From the NCBI GenBank assembly GCA_965208675.1, contig OZ242351.1, positions 3,040,001 to 3,104,000 of the forward strand: a DNA stretch of 64,000 bases, given 5' to 3'. The position numbers and the translations under genes are program-made. The stretch is from Candidatus Poribacteria bacterium (GTDB lineage: Bacteria > Poribacteria > WGA-4E > PCPOR2b). Each line of letters opens with the position of its first letter. Position 1 is the stretch's first letter. Below the pieces are notes generated by a model. That model was not told the origin of the DNA, did not search any database, and saw only the letters and a program-made list of their open reading frames with translations. Below are positions 9,996-22,459 of the stretch, in pieces.

Positions 9996-11036
9996 TCAAT
10001 TATTCCACATCTCCGCACGCCGCATGAATATCAAGGGATCTGCCACCCATTCTGCATAGCCAATATTCCGGTCATCTGTCAAATAGTTGAGTTTCTCGTC
10101 AATGCAAGTAGCCAGTGCTGCATCTTCCATCGCCAGCGTAAATCCGCCGAGTTCTACTTCCTCGTCAAGGACGGTGACAGTGAATGTATTGTTGAAGGCT
10201 TGCACAGCATCACGGTTTCCAATCTCACCCCTGGCTATCGCATCAATTGTCCCCGCGGCCAGGGCATCAAGGAGTTCCGATTCACCACCCTCATCGCCGA
10301 GATAAACAACTTGCGGCATTTTTTCCGAGGGCGGATAGAGATAGCTGCGTCCTGCCAAATTCGAAGTGGCGTTGGCGGCGGTAATCATGTACATCTCGGT
10401 GCCATCCGCGACGACAGTGCCTTGCGGTGTCGTAACACGCGTACCCTCGGCGAGAACACCGTCGGCATCAACAAGTCCCGTCAATACCAGCAAACGTGCT
10501 TCTCCGGTCGTTGCGGAAAGCACGCCAACGCGTACATCGCTGGTCAGATCGGCATAGTCGGCGAGGCGTTCTGTGTCTTCGGTGCGCACCAAAAGCGACT
10601 GGCGAAACTTGATATGCCCTGACGTAAAATTAACGACTTTGTTGCCGTGCTCATCTCGGGTGCGAGAGTCGAGAATCGTGATGCCGCCGCCGACAATATC
10701 GTATTCTGAATCGGCGGACTTCAGCCAGATGTCCGGCCAAACCGCAATAGGGTGGCGGACAAACGACAATCCCGCGCCTTCCATAGCTTCAAGTGCCGTC
10801 AATAGGTCTGCTTCATAGCCAAGATGTGTACTAAAGCCCTCGGCAGTAGGCTCTTCGTCGGCACTGTAACTCACTGGTGAAAAATAGGCGTAGAATCCAA
10901 CATTGAGGACTTGACCGCCATCTGTGCAGGCTTGTGATGGCAGAGAGGGATGGAGAATAGGCTGAAGTTGATCGCAGGCGGAAAGCCCCGCAATCGCAAA
11001 CACGCAGGTGAGTATGATGATTTTCTTGGTGTTCAT
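9996..11036 (-). CDS. transporter substrate-binding lipoprotein (amino-acid/polar solute family 3-like)
   Basis: lipobox LSAC; GYEADLL, GGITILDSR and VNFTS motifs. Confidence 0.75.
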   Translation of the reverse strand: MNTKKIIILTCVFAIAGLSACDQLQPILHPSLPSQACTDGGQVLNVGFYAYFSPVSYSADEEPTAEGFSTHLGYEADLLTALEAMEGAGLSFVRHPIAVWPDIWLKSADSEYDIVGGGITILDSRTRDEHGNKVVNFTSGHIKFRQSLLVRTEDTERLADYADLTSDVRVGVLSATTGEARLLVLTGLVDADGVLAEGTRVTTPQGTVVADGTEMYMITAANATSNLAGRSYLYPPSEKMPQVVYLGDEGGESELLDALAAGTIDAIARGEIGNRDAVQAFNNTFTVTVLDEEVELGGFTLAMEDAALATCIDEKLNYLTDDRNIGYAEWVADPLIFMRRAEMWNN

Positions 11037-11262
11037 CTCGGCAACACCCTTACCGATAAAACGCTCGTTTTCCGCCGCCCATACAATAATCCTAATGTGG
11101 TTCGCCCTTCGGGTCGCTTTTCAGATTCCCCAACTGTTGTTTTGGCTTCCTTATTCTTGGGAATAGCGGTAACGGTATAATTGATATTCGGAATAAAATA
11201 CCGGCACGATTATAGCACAGGTTACGAATTTCTTTCAAATAAATAAAAACCGCTCATTTTAC

Positions 11263-13188
11263 TCATGGGTAGAGGCTATAAACCTTTATACCGAGTGCGA
11301 CGCCGATGAGGCTCCATAGCCCCCAAGCGAGGAATTGGCCTAATATAAATCCCAGAAACAGCGGCAACGCACGGCGATAGGCGCCAATCCCGCCGCCCTT
11401 AAAGACAAGCCGCTTGAGCAACCATCCCCAGAAGATAGAGAACCACATGCCGCTAATGCACCATCCGTACGAAACGGCGAAGCCCACAGGGTAAAACGAC
11501 CACCACAAAAACCGGCGCTTTAAGTACGCAAGCAAGACCGTAAAGGCGAATCCAAACCCAAAGCCGCGAATCTGGCGCGTGCTCGGGTCGCGGGGATTGG
11601 TAATCCAACTCGAAAGGAATTGGAACGGCGCCACGGCATCCCAGCCCTGCCTGTAGTGATGCTGATAGTAAAGCACGATATGTGCGCCAATGGCAATCAA
11701 CGATCCGACAATGCCGGCAAAAATCATCGCCGCCACAAGCCGATTGTCCCGTATCCGCAGCGCTGAACCAATCTTAAACCCTTCGAGCTGGTGGGGCATC
11801 GGATGAGAACGGTAACCATAGGAGAGCCATTGAAGCAGCGTCGTCAGCGAAAGGTTTTTTGCGCCGACAAGGCGAGTCCCCGTAAACATGATGATAAGCC
11901 GGTCCGGCAGCGCGTCATGAAGTTCATGCGTGGGCGGCCCCAACTCCGCACGCATACGCGCCATAGCAATACACATGAGAAAATGAATGATAAAGTAGAG
12001 CGCCGCCACCCAGTACGGAAGGCCCGCAGCGTGCCAAAACGCAAGCATGAGAAGAAACCCGCCAATCCCCCCATAGATTGCGAAACGGTACAACGGCTCC
12101 TGCTTTGACGCCTCCCCGCTTCTGCTGAATAGCCCGACAACCATCAACCAAATATGCCGCCGAGCCGTCCAGAGTGCAATAAACCCAATGGCAAGCCATG
12201 CGCCGGCGCGCTGTTCGCCATGCCAACGGTCCAGAGGGCGCCAGCCCATTGCAGAAAAGACGACATGCTCCGCTTTCCAGAATAAAAAGAAAAACCAAAG
12301 CGAGAAGGAAAGCCCAAGCGGCATCAAGTAACCCACACCCACCGCGAAAAGGTAAATTTTCATCGGGAACCATGAGATAGCGCTCCACGGTTTCTCGGTC
12401 ATAAACTGCGCAATCTCAATGTCCTTCAGCGGGAGCGCGGGAATCCATGGATAGAGATAGTTCAACCCGGCAAACACCTCTATTGCCAGCGCAACGGCAA
12501 AACCTATCCAAGTCAGCCTGCTTGAGAAAACGCCCGCCGTGTTGCCAATTATCTCGATGGGAAGTTGCGCAATCGGGTAGTTCAACCGCTCATGTTCTAT
12601 CCACTGTCTCCGAAGTACGATGTTGATACACAGCGTGACAAACAGGAAAATGGCAGTGAAAACCGACCACGCTACGAAAGGTTTAAGCCACGACAGCACA
12701 ATTAACCGCTGCCAAAAAGGCTCAGTGCCGGGTTCATAATACCCCTGTAGCACGGTGAGGTCAGAGATAGTAAGCCAGTTCGGAAGGTAGGCGTGGAAAA
12801 GATTAGCCCAGTCGTTCTCGGGGGTCGCAAGCCAAAAACCGTTGATGGTCGTCGGAACAAGTTGGCGGGCAATGTCACGTCCCGAAAGCGCGGTGGCTAT
12901 CGAAATCATGACGTAGAGCGTGGCAAGTTCGGATGCTGTCAGTGCAAAACGCGGGGCAAAGCGCTTTATGCCGTGATTGATCATCGCCAGCATAAACACG
13001 GTGAAAAGCACCGTTGGAAAGAATGAGAAGACCGTCACTTCCCCAACGGCACGGTGCTCTGCCGCGACAATCCAGAAAACATTGAAAAAAATCAGAGGAG
13101 CCCCAAAACCGAGCACCCTGACAATAAAGCGGATTGTGCTAGTGGTGTCCGCGGCACCCGGGCTCTTCGCTTGAGACGCTGAATACAT
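11263..13188 (-). CDS. DUF6785-like polytopic membrane protein (putative transporter)
   Basis: many TM helices; ATPENDW, QWIEHERLNYPI, RMRAELG, HPMPHQLEGF, PLFLGFILG. Confidence 0.8.
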   Translation of the reverse strand: MYSASQAKSPGAADTTSTIRFIVRVLGFGAPLIFFNVFWIVAAEHRAVGEVTVFSFFPTVLFTVFMLAMINHGIKRFAPRFALTASELATLYVMISIATALSGRDIARQLVPTTINGFWLATPENDWANLFHAYLPNWLTISDLTVLQGYYEPGTEPFWQRLIVLSWLKPFVAWSVFTAIFLFVTLCINIVLRRQWIEHERLNYPIAQLPIEIIGNTAGVFSSRLTWIGFAVALAIEVFAGLNYLYPWIPALPLKDIEIAQFMTEKPWSAISWFPMKIYLFAVGVGYLMPLGLSFSLWFFFLFWKAEHVVFSAMGWRPLDRWHGEQRAGAWLAIGFIALWTARRHIWLMVVGLFSRSGEASKQEPLYRFAIYGGIGGFLLMLAFWHAAGLPYWVAALYFIIHFLMCIAMARMRAELGPPTHELHDALPDRLIIMFTGTRLVGAKNLSLTTLLQWLSYGYRSHPMPHQLEGFKIGSALRIRDNRLVAAMIFAGIVGSLIAIGAHIVLYYQHHYRQGWDAVAPFQFLSSWITNPRDPSTRQIRGFGFGFAFTVLLAYLKRRFLWWSFYPVGFAVSYGWCISGMWFSIFWGWLLKRLVFKGGGIGAYRRALPLFLGFILGQFLAWGLWSLIGVALGIKVYSLYP

Positions 13189-13351
13189 CCTAAACCATTT
13201 CGTCAGAAGATAAAATCGTTAGATTTATGGGCATGAAATACGTACAAACAAATACCCCCCTGACAAGGGGGGCTAGGGGGGTTACTCCCCTTTTTGATTG
13301 GAATTAAATATGTGTAATTATTAGCTTCAGTGACTATAATTCCGATCTGCC

Positions 13352-13558
13352 CTAACCGCCTTGAACGGCATGGACAATCTCAACCTCGCTGCCCGCACGG
13401 ACTACCGTCTCCTGCCACTGTTTTTTGGAAATTAACTCCTGATTCATGGCAACGGCAATCCCGGGTTGGACCGGATCAATTTGCAGGTCTATAAGGAGTT
13501 GATAGAGCGATAACCCTTGCTCAACCGTCTTGACTTCGCCGTTCACACGTATATCCAT
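13352..13558 (-). CDS. thiS: sulfur carrier protein ThiS
   Basis: 68 aa, VNGE...EIVHAVQGG C-terminal GG. Confidence 0.95.
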   Translation of the reverse strand: MDIRVNGEVKTVEQGLSLYQLLIDLQIDPVQPGIAVAMNQELISKKQWQETVVRAGSEVEIVHAVQGG

Positions 13559-13606
13559 TGGCTCTTTCCATTGGACATAATAATCGCCAGCACAAAAATC
13601 CCTGCG

Positions 13607-14764
13607 CTAATGTGCAAACCGTGACAACTGAAACGGTGAGATGATTTCCGAGGTTTTGCCCGTCAAAACGAGCGAAGCAATCTCGCGGGCGGTCACTGGC
13701 GCTAGAAGGATGCCGTGACGATAGTGTCCAGTTGCCATGACCAAGTTCTCAACAGCCGATGGACCAAGGATGGGTGAGTTGTCACGGCTTCCCGGTCGCA
13801 ATCCGGTCCAGGTCTCTACAATTGGGAGGTCGTAAACGCCGGGAACCGCTTCCCATGCGCCCCGAAGCAGCTCGAATATACCGCCGGCGGTCAGTCGGGT
13901 ATCGAACCCCATCTCTTCGCTCGTCGCTCCGATAACCAGCCGCCCATCATTCTTGGGTACGAGATAGACATCTGTCGGATACTTCGCGCGGGTTGTGCGA
14001 ATCACCTTCTGGAGTTTCAACCCCGACTCCATCTGCAGCGCCAAAATTTGGCCCTTGACCGGGCGCAACGGCGGTTTCGCATTTCGTGGCAACCCCTCAA
14101 TCTCGTTAGACCAGCATCCGGCGGCAAGTACAATGACATCACAATCTTCCAGAACCCCATCGACCCACACCCCGTACGCTTTTTCACCTCGAATTTCAAT
14201 TTTATCGACGGGCGCGTTTTCGTACAGGCATCCCCCGGCTTTCCCATGCGCGGCAATCAGGGCGTGGACCATCAAACGGTTATCAACCTGATGGTCGTTC
14301 GGGCTGGAAATCGCCGCCGTGATCTTCGGGGAAAGCAACGGCTCTATTTCTCTCGCCTCGGCGCCGGTGAGCCATTCGCACGGCAGGTTCAAGAATTGTT
14401 GCGATTCGTACAGATGTTCCAGTTCACGGGCATCATCCGGATCTACGCCGACAATTAACGTCCCCTCCGTCCGGTAGCCGAGGGGCAACCCACTGTCCGC
14501 CTCCAGCGCCGCTGTCCACTCCGGATACATCTCAAGGCTGAGACTGCCCAATCGTAAGAGCGCCTTCTCCTCAAGGTGAACTTCGGCGAGCGGAGCTAAC
14601 ATTCCCGCAGCCGCCCACGATGCCGAACGCCCCGCGCGGTCCCGCTCGTAGATTGATACTGCGCAGCCCGCCTTTGCTAACCGCCAGCCGATGCTCAACC
14701 CAATCACCCCGCCGCCGATGATAATCACTCGTCGATTTGGATGTGGGTTGTGGCTACCCATCAT
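13607..14764 (-). CDS. thiO: glycine oxidase ThiO
   Basis: GGGVIG FAD motif, ASWAAAGML, TGLRP, GHYRHGILLAP. Confidence 0.93.
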   Translation of the reverse strand: MMGSHNPHPNRRVIIIGGGVIGLSIGWRLAKAGCAVSIYERDRAGRSASWAAAGMLAPLAEVHLEEKALLRLGSLSLEMYPEWTAALEADSGLPLGYRTEGTLIVGVDPDDARELEHLYESQQFLNLPCEWLTGAEAREIEPLLSPKITAAISSPNDHQVDNRLMVHALIAAHGKAGGCLYENAPVDKIEIRGEKAYGVWVDGVLEDCDVIVLAAGCWSNEIEGLPRNAKPPLRPVKGQILALQMESGLKLQKVIRTTRAKYPTDVYLVPKNDGRLVIGATSEEMGFDTRLTAGGIFELLRGAWEAVPGVYDLPIVETWTGLRPGSRDNSPILGPSAVENLVMATGHYRHGILLAPVTAREIASLVLTGKTSEIISPFQLSRFAH

Positions 14765-14917
14765 TCTCCTCTGCAAACGAAACATGCATTAATATGCGCA
14801 AAACTAACTCCTAAGACGGAATCTTCAATCTTCAAATCGAAGATGGGGTTTATTCTGGTTCATAGAAACGCCAATTGCGCCCATTGGCGTTGCACGCATT
14901 CCACTCGGTTCGAAAAA

Positions 14918-16846
<1,929 letters not shown>

Positions 16847-16983
16847 CTAATCCTCCTGATAGATTTTACTTTCGGCTATAGTAGTAGGCATACTCCGTAT
16901 GCCGTGACCCTCGTCTCGACGCCGCCATCACCATTCAATGCAATATGTGCTAGGTACCACGGTACAACAAGCAAACAAAAAGC

Positions 16984-17020
16984 AAAAAAAAACCGCTTTC
17001 CAGCATAAGGAAAACGGTGT
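16984..17020 (-). terminator. intrinsic terminator, probable riboswitch expression platform
   Basis: minus strand ACCGTTTTCC..GGAAAGCGGT followed by a T run, between the aptamer and thiC. Confidence 0.75.
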
Positions 17021-17094
17021 CCTAATCGAAAATGCCGCCGCCGCATAACAACGGCGATTTTCCGACCTGAATCGATAATTGTGGGTTAACTCGT

Positions 17095-17188
17095 GTTTTC
17101 CTACGCTGGGATTACCCAGGTCAGGTTCAAAGGGTTTGTTCTCAGCCCTCGCCGACCCTTTAAAATAGAGAGAGCACCCCTAACAACC
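17095..17188 (-). ncRNA. TPP riboswitch
   Basis: minus strand GGGGTGC...CTGAGA..ACCCTTTGAACCTGACCTGGGTAATCCCAGCGTAGG upstream of thiC. Confidence 0.95.
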
Positions 17189-17245
17189 TATACTGCCAGC
17201 TATTTTACAACATCTACGCAAAAAAGTCAAGAAAAAGACAGTTCC

Positions 17246-17370
17246 CGTAGGTTGGGTAGAGCGGATTACTCCATTAACGCCCTTTCACCCACAAACCGTT
17301 CCAAATTTGGAATGAAGCTTGGCGGAAAAATGCGCACAGCGAAACCCAACTCTTTTGAAACCTCCCGCAC
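17246..17370 (+). repeat. REP-like element
   Basis: GTAGGTTGGGTAGAGCGGATT...AGCGAAACCCAAC, an inverted homolog of ~5060-5186. Confidence 0.7.
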
Positions 17371-17609
17371 ACCAACTGATTACCTGCCCCCCCCAATCAT
17401 AGCCCATCATTTAATCACACGAACCACAGTTCAGACAAAAACTGTAAAGTTTCACAGTAACGTTGTCCAAGGATGTCCGGTTATTGGAAACAATCGGACT
17501 GAAATCCAGTCCCAGACTGAATTTCACGCTTCCAAAATCTCGACCTTGTGTCCGGTTCCGCTTCAATCTACTGTGAAAACTGTGAAATTTACATTTGCCT
17601 CTCTTAAAA

Positions 17610-17640
17610 GTAGTAGGCATACTCCGTATGCCGCAACCCT
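17610..17640 (+). repeat. REP-like repeat GTAGTAGGCATACTCCGTATGCCG, second copy at ~16881
   Basis: identical 24-mer with internal hairpin on both sides of the riboswitch region. Confidence 0.75.
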
Positions 17641-17760
17641 CGCCCCAATACCGCCATCCGGCTTTAAAGCAATAGCAGAAAATCATTGACAATCGCGTCG
17701 ACGCTAGATAAAGTATATCTGATATTGTTCCCATAATCTCCACCCCTAAGGATGAGGACA

Positions 17761-19299
17761 ATGAACCGTGACACCATTGTCGTTTTAGATTTTGGATCGC
17801 AGTATACGCAGTTGATTACCAGGCGCATTCGTGAACAAGAGGTGTACTGTGAAATTCATCCATATTATACCCCCGCCGATCGGTTAGCCTCCATGCAGCC
17901 AAAGGGAATAGTCTTATCCGGCGGCCCCTCAAGCGTTTACGCGTCAGATGCGCCCCTTCCCGATTCCGGGGTTTTTGCGCTTGGAATTCCCATTCTAGGC
18001 ATATGTTACGGCATGCAGCTCGTCGCACACCTGTCAAATGGCGGTGTGGTACACCCAGCCGATGAACGTGAATACGGTTCGGCAGAGCTGGTCGTTGATT
18101 TACCGATTCCGCTGTTCGCAAATTTGCGGGGCGAGGTGAACGTGTGGATGAGTCACGGCGATCGAATCGAGGTGCTGCCGCAAGGATTCCTCCAGATCGC
18201 CCACACGCGCAACTCGCCAATCGCGGCGATGGGTGATATAGACCGGGATATCTACGGGTTGCAGTTCCATCCCGAGGTCGTTCACACAAAAGATGATAAT
18301 CAGATTCTCTCCAACTTTGTCTTTGAAATCTGTGAGTGCAGCAAAGGATGGACCATGAAATCTTTTGTCGCCGAGGCAACGGAGAAAATCCAAAAGCAGA
18401 TTCAAGGACATCGCGTGTTGTGCGCCGTGAGCGGCGGCGTTGACTCAACCGTCCTTGCAGTTTTGCTCCGGCGCGCTATCGGCGAAGCGCTTGCTTGCGT
18501 GTTTGTTAACAACGGCTTGTTGCGGAAAAATGAAGCGGAAGGCGTGATTGAAGATTTTCGGGAGCTTGGAATCGAAGTGCACTGCATCGACGCAACAGAT
18601 CGATTCCTGAATTGCCTCGCCAACGTTGACAATCCCGAAGGAAAACGCAAGCGTATCGGGAACCAGTTTATCGAAGTTTTTCGAGACGAGTTGGGGACGT
18701 TAGGGGCGATTGACCACCTTGCGCAGGGCACCCTCTACCCCGATGTAATCGAAAGTGTGTCCGTCAAAGGGCCTTCCGCAACCATAAAGACGCACCATAA
18801 TGTTGGCGGCTTGCCCAAAGATTTACCCTTCAAACTCGTCGAACCGTTCCGAGATTTGTTCAAAGACGAGGTGCGCGCAGTAGGCATCGAGTTAGGCATC
18901 CCGAAACCGATTCTTGGGCGGCATCCTTTTCCAGGTCCCGGTTTAGCTGTCCGAGTTATCGGCGCTGTTACTCAAGAGCGGCTAGAAATTCTCCGTGAAG
19001 CGGACGAAATCTTCATCGCAGAAATTAAGAAAGCTGGTTTGTATAATGAGATTTGGCAAGCACTGGCGGTGCTGCTGCCAGTTAAGAGTGTCGGAGTGAT
19101 GGGAGATGAGCGAACTTACGAAAACGTGGTCGCGCTCCGCGCCGTCACCAGCACCGATGCCATGACCGCGGATTGGGCGCGCATTCCTGACGCCGTTTTA
19201 GCGGTAATCTCCAATCGCATCATCAACGAAGTGCAAGGCATTAACCGCGTCGTTTATGATATTAGCTCAAAACCGCCTAGCACCATTGAATGGGAGTAA
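17761..19299 (+). CDS. guaA: GMP synthase (glutamine-hydrolyzing)
   Basis: [30 protein letters not shown]. Confidence 0.98.
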   Translation: MNRDTIVVLDFGSQYTQLITRRIREQEVYCEIHPYYTPADRLASMQPKGIVLSGGPSSVYASDAPLPDSGVFALGIPILGICYGMQLVAHLSNGGVVHPADEREYGSAELVVDLPIPLFANLRGEVNVWMSHGDRIEVLPQGFLQIAHTRNSPIAAMGDIDRDIYGLQFHPEVVHTKDDNQILSNFVFEICECSKGWTMKSFVAEATEKIQKQIQGHRVLCAVSGGVDSTVLAVLLRRAIGEALACVFVNNGLLRKNEAEGVIEDFRELGIEVHCIDATDRFLNCLANVDNPEGKRKRIGNQFIEVFRDELGTLGAIDHLAQGTLYPDVIESVSVKGPSATIKTHHNVGGLPKDLPFKLVEPFRDLFKDEVRAVGIELGIPKPILGRHPFPGPGLAVRVIGAVTQERLEILREADEIFIAEIKKAGLYNEIWQALAVLLPVKSVGVMGDERTYENVVALRAVTSTDAMTADWARIPDAVLAVISNRIINEVQGINRVVYDISSKPPSTIEWE

Positions 19300-19453
19300 G
19301 CTCTTTCCCAAGCCATTTTCTTGCTTCTCAACATGGGACACGTCTTGGGTATATTCACGTCGATCCGGCAAGGTGGGAATAGTAGATTCATCTTGAAATA
19401 ACCACGTTTTTAACCCCCTAAATCCCCCTTATCAGGGAACTCTTGAACTTATA

Positions 19454-21616
19454 ATGACCGATCTCCTCAAATCTCTGAACTCAGTTCAACGCAGAGCGGT
19501 CCAACATACCGAAGGCCCCCTGCTGCTATTGTCAGGGGCAGGCAGCGGCAAAACCCGGGTAATTACCCACCGCATCGCCTACCTCATCCGCCAACGCAAA
19601 ATTTCACCGTTTAATATTCTTGCCGTAACCTTCACCAATAAAGCTGCCGCAGAGATGAAAGCGCGTCTTGAGAGTCTAATTGGCCCCGACAGTCAATCCG
19701 TGTGGGCAGCGACCTTCCATTCAACCTGTGCGCGGATTCTCCGCAAGGATATTGAACGGCTCGGTTATTCCCGCTACTTCACGATTTACGATACCGTTGA
19801 CCAGCTTACGCTTGTTAAAAATATTCTCAAGCAACTCCAACTCCGTGAGAGCGATGTTCATCCAAGGGCTGCCCTCAGTACCATAAGCAACGCCAAGAAC
19901 GAACTCACTACCCCTGAAATGTACGCAAAGGCAGTCAGCGATTACATTGAGGAACGCATCGCACAGATTTATCGCATGTACCAAGACCGGCTTCGGGAAA
20001 ACAACGCCCTCGATTTTGACGACCTTATCATGCTAACCGTCGAGCTGTTTGAATCGCATCCGGATGTGCTTGGTTACTATCAGAGTAAATTTCGATATAT
20101 CCTCATTGATGAGTATCAGGACACAAACCACAGCCAGTATCGACTGATGCATGCGTTGGCGAATAAGCATCACAACATCTGCGCCGTAGGCGACGACGAT
20201 CAGTCGATATACTCGTGGAGAGGTGCCGACATCAACAACATCCTCGACTTCGAGCGGGACTATCCGAATGCCGCTGTCCTTCGCTTAGAGCAAAACTACC
20301 GTTCCACACAAAATATCCTCGAAGCAGCATATGAAGTTGTCCGGAACAATCAGAAGCGAACCGAGAAAAAACTCTGGACGCAGAATAAGATGGGAGAGTG
20401 CATCCGCTGCTTTCAGGCACAAGACGAGAACGAGGAGGCGGACGTAGTTTTACGGGAGATTGAGCGCTGGCGGGAAAAGGACGTGAAATACGGAGAATGT
20501 GTAATCTTCTATCGAATCAACGCACAGTCCCGAACCTTTGAGGATGCGCTCAGAAAAGCCAATATCCCGTATCAGATTGTGGGCAGTGTCCGATTCTATG
20601 AGCGAATGGAAATTAAAGACATAATGGCGTATCTGCGCGTAATTGTCAACCCGGCGGACGCAATCAGTCTCAGGCGTATCATTAACGTCCCGCGTCGAGG
20701 AATTGGCGACACGACGCTGCAGCGGCTGGAGATTTTCGCTAGCGAAGCAAACATCTCCCTGTTCGAGGCTATCAAAGGAGTCGGAGAGGTCGACAGGCTT
20801 CGTCATGCGGAACGGGACAGAGTGCGAAAATTCGCTAAACTCATCGACTCCTTTGATGCAGACGATGCACCGGCTAACACAATAGAACAACTACTCGACC
20901 GCTCCGGTTACCTTAAATCTCTGACGCAAGAAGGCACTATTGAAGCGCAAGGCCGGGTCGAGAACGTCCATGAGTTTATCACTGCCGCCATTGAATATGA
21001 GGCGCGTGACGCCGAACCGTCGTTAGCCGGATTTTTGGAGATGATTACGCTAGTCGCTGACATCGACACTATGGATGACAAAAGCGACGTGGTCACGCTC
21101 ATGACGCTGCATAGCGCAAAAGGGTTGGAATTTCCGATTGTATTCATGGCCGGGATGGAAGAAGGATTATTGCCGCATCAGCGTTCATTCTCCAGCGAAG
21201 CCGAACTCGAGGAGGAACGGCGGCTCTGTTACGTCGGCATTACACGCGCGAAAGAGCAGGTCTACATGATCCATGCCCGCGAGCGGCGGCAATACGGCTA
21301 CACCGACTATCGGATGCCTTCGCGTTTCATTGAAGAAATTCCCCACGAATTGCTGGATCGCGAAGATGTCTTTCAGCCGCCGCACCGTCCGGTCGTTTCG
21401 TCCTACGACCCCGATACGCCCGACGCTGATGAGGGCTTCGCATTCGATTACGACGTTGGTGAGGTGGTCTACCACACAAAATTCGGAAAAGGCAAAATTA
21501 CCGCCATGAGCGGATATGGACCCGATATGCGCCTTACTATACGGTTCACGCGCGGAATCGAAAAAACACTAATGGCAGGTTACGCAAAGCTGCAAAGAGC
21601 AGGAAGTGATTATTGA
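19454..21616 (+). CDS. pcrA: ATP-dependent DNA helicase PcrA/UvrD
   Basis: GAGSGKT, DEYQD, HSAKGLEF, EERRLCYVGITRA, C-terminal Tudor-like domain. Confidence 0.95.
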   Translation: MTDLLKSLNSVQRRAVQHTEGPLLLLSGAGSGKTRVITHRIAYLIRQRKISPFNILAVTFTNKAAAEMKARLESLIGPDSQSVWAATFHSTCARILRKDIERLGYSRYFTIYDTVDQLTLVKNILKQLQLRESDVHPRAALSTISNAKNELTTPEMYAKAVSDYIEERIAQIYRMYQDRLRENNALDFDDLIMLTVELFESHPDVLGYYQSKFRYILIDEYQDTNHSQYRLMHALANKHHNICAVGDDDQSIYSWRGADINNILDFERDYPNAAVLRLEQNYRSTQNILEAAYEVVRNNQKRTEKKLWTQNKMGECIRCFQAQDENEEADVVLREIERWREKDVKYGECVIFYRINAQSRTFEDALRKANIPYQIVGSVRFYERMEIKDIMAYLRVIVNPADAISLRRIINVPRRGIGDTTLQRLEIFASEANISLFEAIKGVGEVDRLRHAERDRVRKFAKLIDSFDADDAPANTIEQLLDRSGYLKSLTQEGTIEAQGRVENVHEFITAAIEYEARDAEPSLAGFLEMITLVADIDTMDDKSDVVTLMTLHSAKGLEFPIVFMAGMEEGLLPHQRSFSSEAELEEERRLCYVGITRAKEQVYMIHARERRQYGYTDYRMPSRFIEEIPHELLDREDVFQPPHRPVVSSYDPDTPDADEGFAFDYDVGEVVYHTKFGKGKITAMSGYGPDMRLTIRFTRGIEKTLMAGYAKLQRAGSDY

Positions 21617-21730
21617 AACCGAGTTTCTTCCTGAACCCGAGTTTTTACTTCAAAACTCGGGTTCTTCAACCATTTACAACAGTTGAAAATTTATCGTAAC
21701 GTAGAAACGCGAAAGGTTAGGAATACCCAG

Positions 21731-22021
21731 ATGGCAACCATTACGACAGAAGAAGTGAAACACGTCGCTGCCCTTGCACGGCTCGAGTTCAACGAAGAAG
21801 ATATTCAGCAGTTCGCCCATCAACTCGCCCGCATTATAGACTATATTGGAAAGTTGAACGAATTGGATACGGCCGACGTACCGCCGACTTCACATGTCCT
21901 TCCTATCCGCAATATCGTCAAAGCAGATGTCCCGAAGCCAACCAATCCTCGAGACGATTTTTTGGAAGGCGCCCCGAGCGCCCAGGAAGGATATTTTGAG
22001 GTGCCGAAAGTCATTGAGTAA
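21731..22021 (+). CDS. gatC: Asp/Glu-tRNA amidotransferase subunit C
   Basis: EVKHVAALARL...YFEVPKVIE. Confidence 0.95.
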   Translation: MATITTEEVKHVAALARLEFNEEDIQQFAHQLARIIDYIGKLNELDTADVPPTSHVLPIRNIVKADVPKPTNPRDDFLEGAPSAQEGYFEVPKVIE

Positions 22022-22077
22022 ACAGCGAGGGATTTGAGATTTTACGTAAACGAAAAAGACGCAAAGGAATCGAAACT

Positions 22078-22434
22078 TTGAAACAGCGGGTGTGCGAACA
22101 TCAAAAGAAAATTGCCGATGAAAAAGATAAACCGATTACTAACATAAACCAAATCAAGCATGACGAGATTGACCGCTTGGATATTCTTCTAAAAAAATAC
22201 CTTCCGACGCTTAAAGCGAAGAAACGCGCGATGATTGCCCTTCACTTGAGCGACATTGCCGGAGAAATACCAAATTTTGAAAAGTGTTATACCGCACTTG
22301 TGCAAAGCGAAGAAATCTCTGAGGATAATCTCGCTGACTGTATGGAGGAGATGGAAATTTCAATTATCCACATGCTTAATCACATGAAAGACCTGAAGCC
22401 GCTGCTCAAGCAAGCCGTCAATGTGTTGCCATGA
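22078..22434 (+). CDS. hypothetical helical protein between gatC and gatA
   Basis: 118 aa, AAGGA RBS with TTG start. Confidence 0.6.
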   Translation: MKQRVCEHQKKIADEKDKPITNINQIKHDEIDRLDILLKKYLPTLKAKKRAMIALHLSDIAGEIPNFEKCYTALVQSEEISEDNLADCMEEMEISIIHMLNHMKDLKPLLKQAVNVLP

Positions 22435-22459
22435 TTATCCACAAAGGAGTACACGTTTC

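Noticed and set aside
11201-11217. sigma54-like CGGCACGATTATAGC
   Set aside because: Poor -12 match and it faces a convergent gene end; better explained as a minus-strand sigma70 TGCTATAAT.
13352-13354. Genome-wide TAG recoding as an explanation for the in-frame ambers
   Set aside because: thiS ends GG-TAG at its obligatory C-terminus and hisF also ends in TAG, so TAG is a normal stop.
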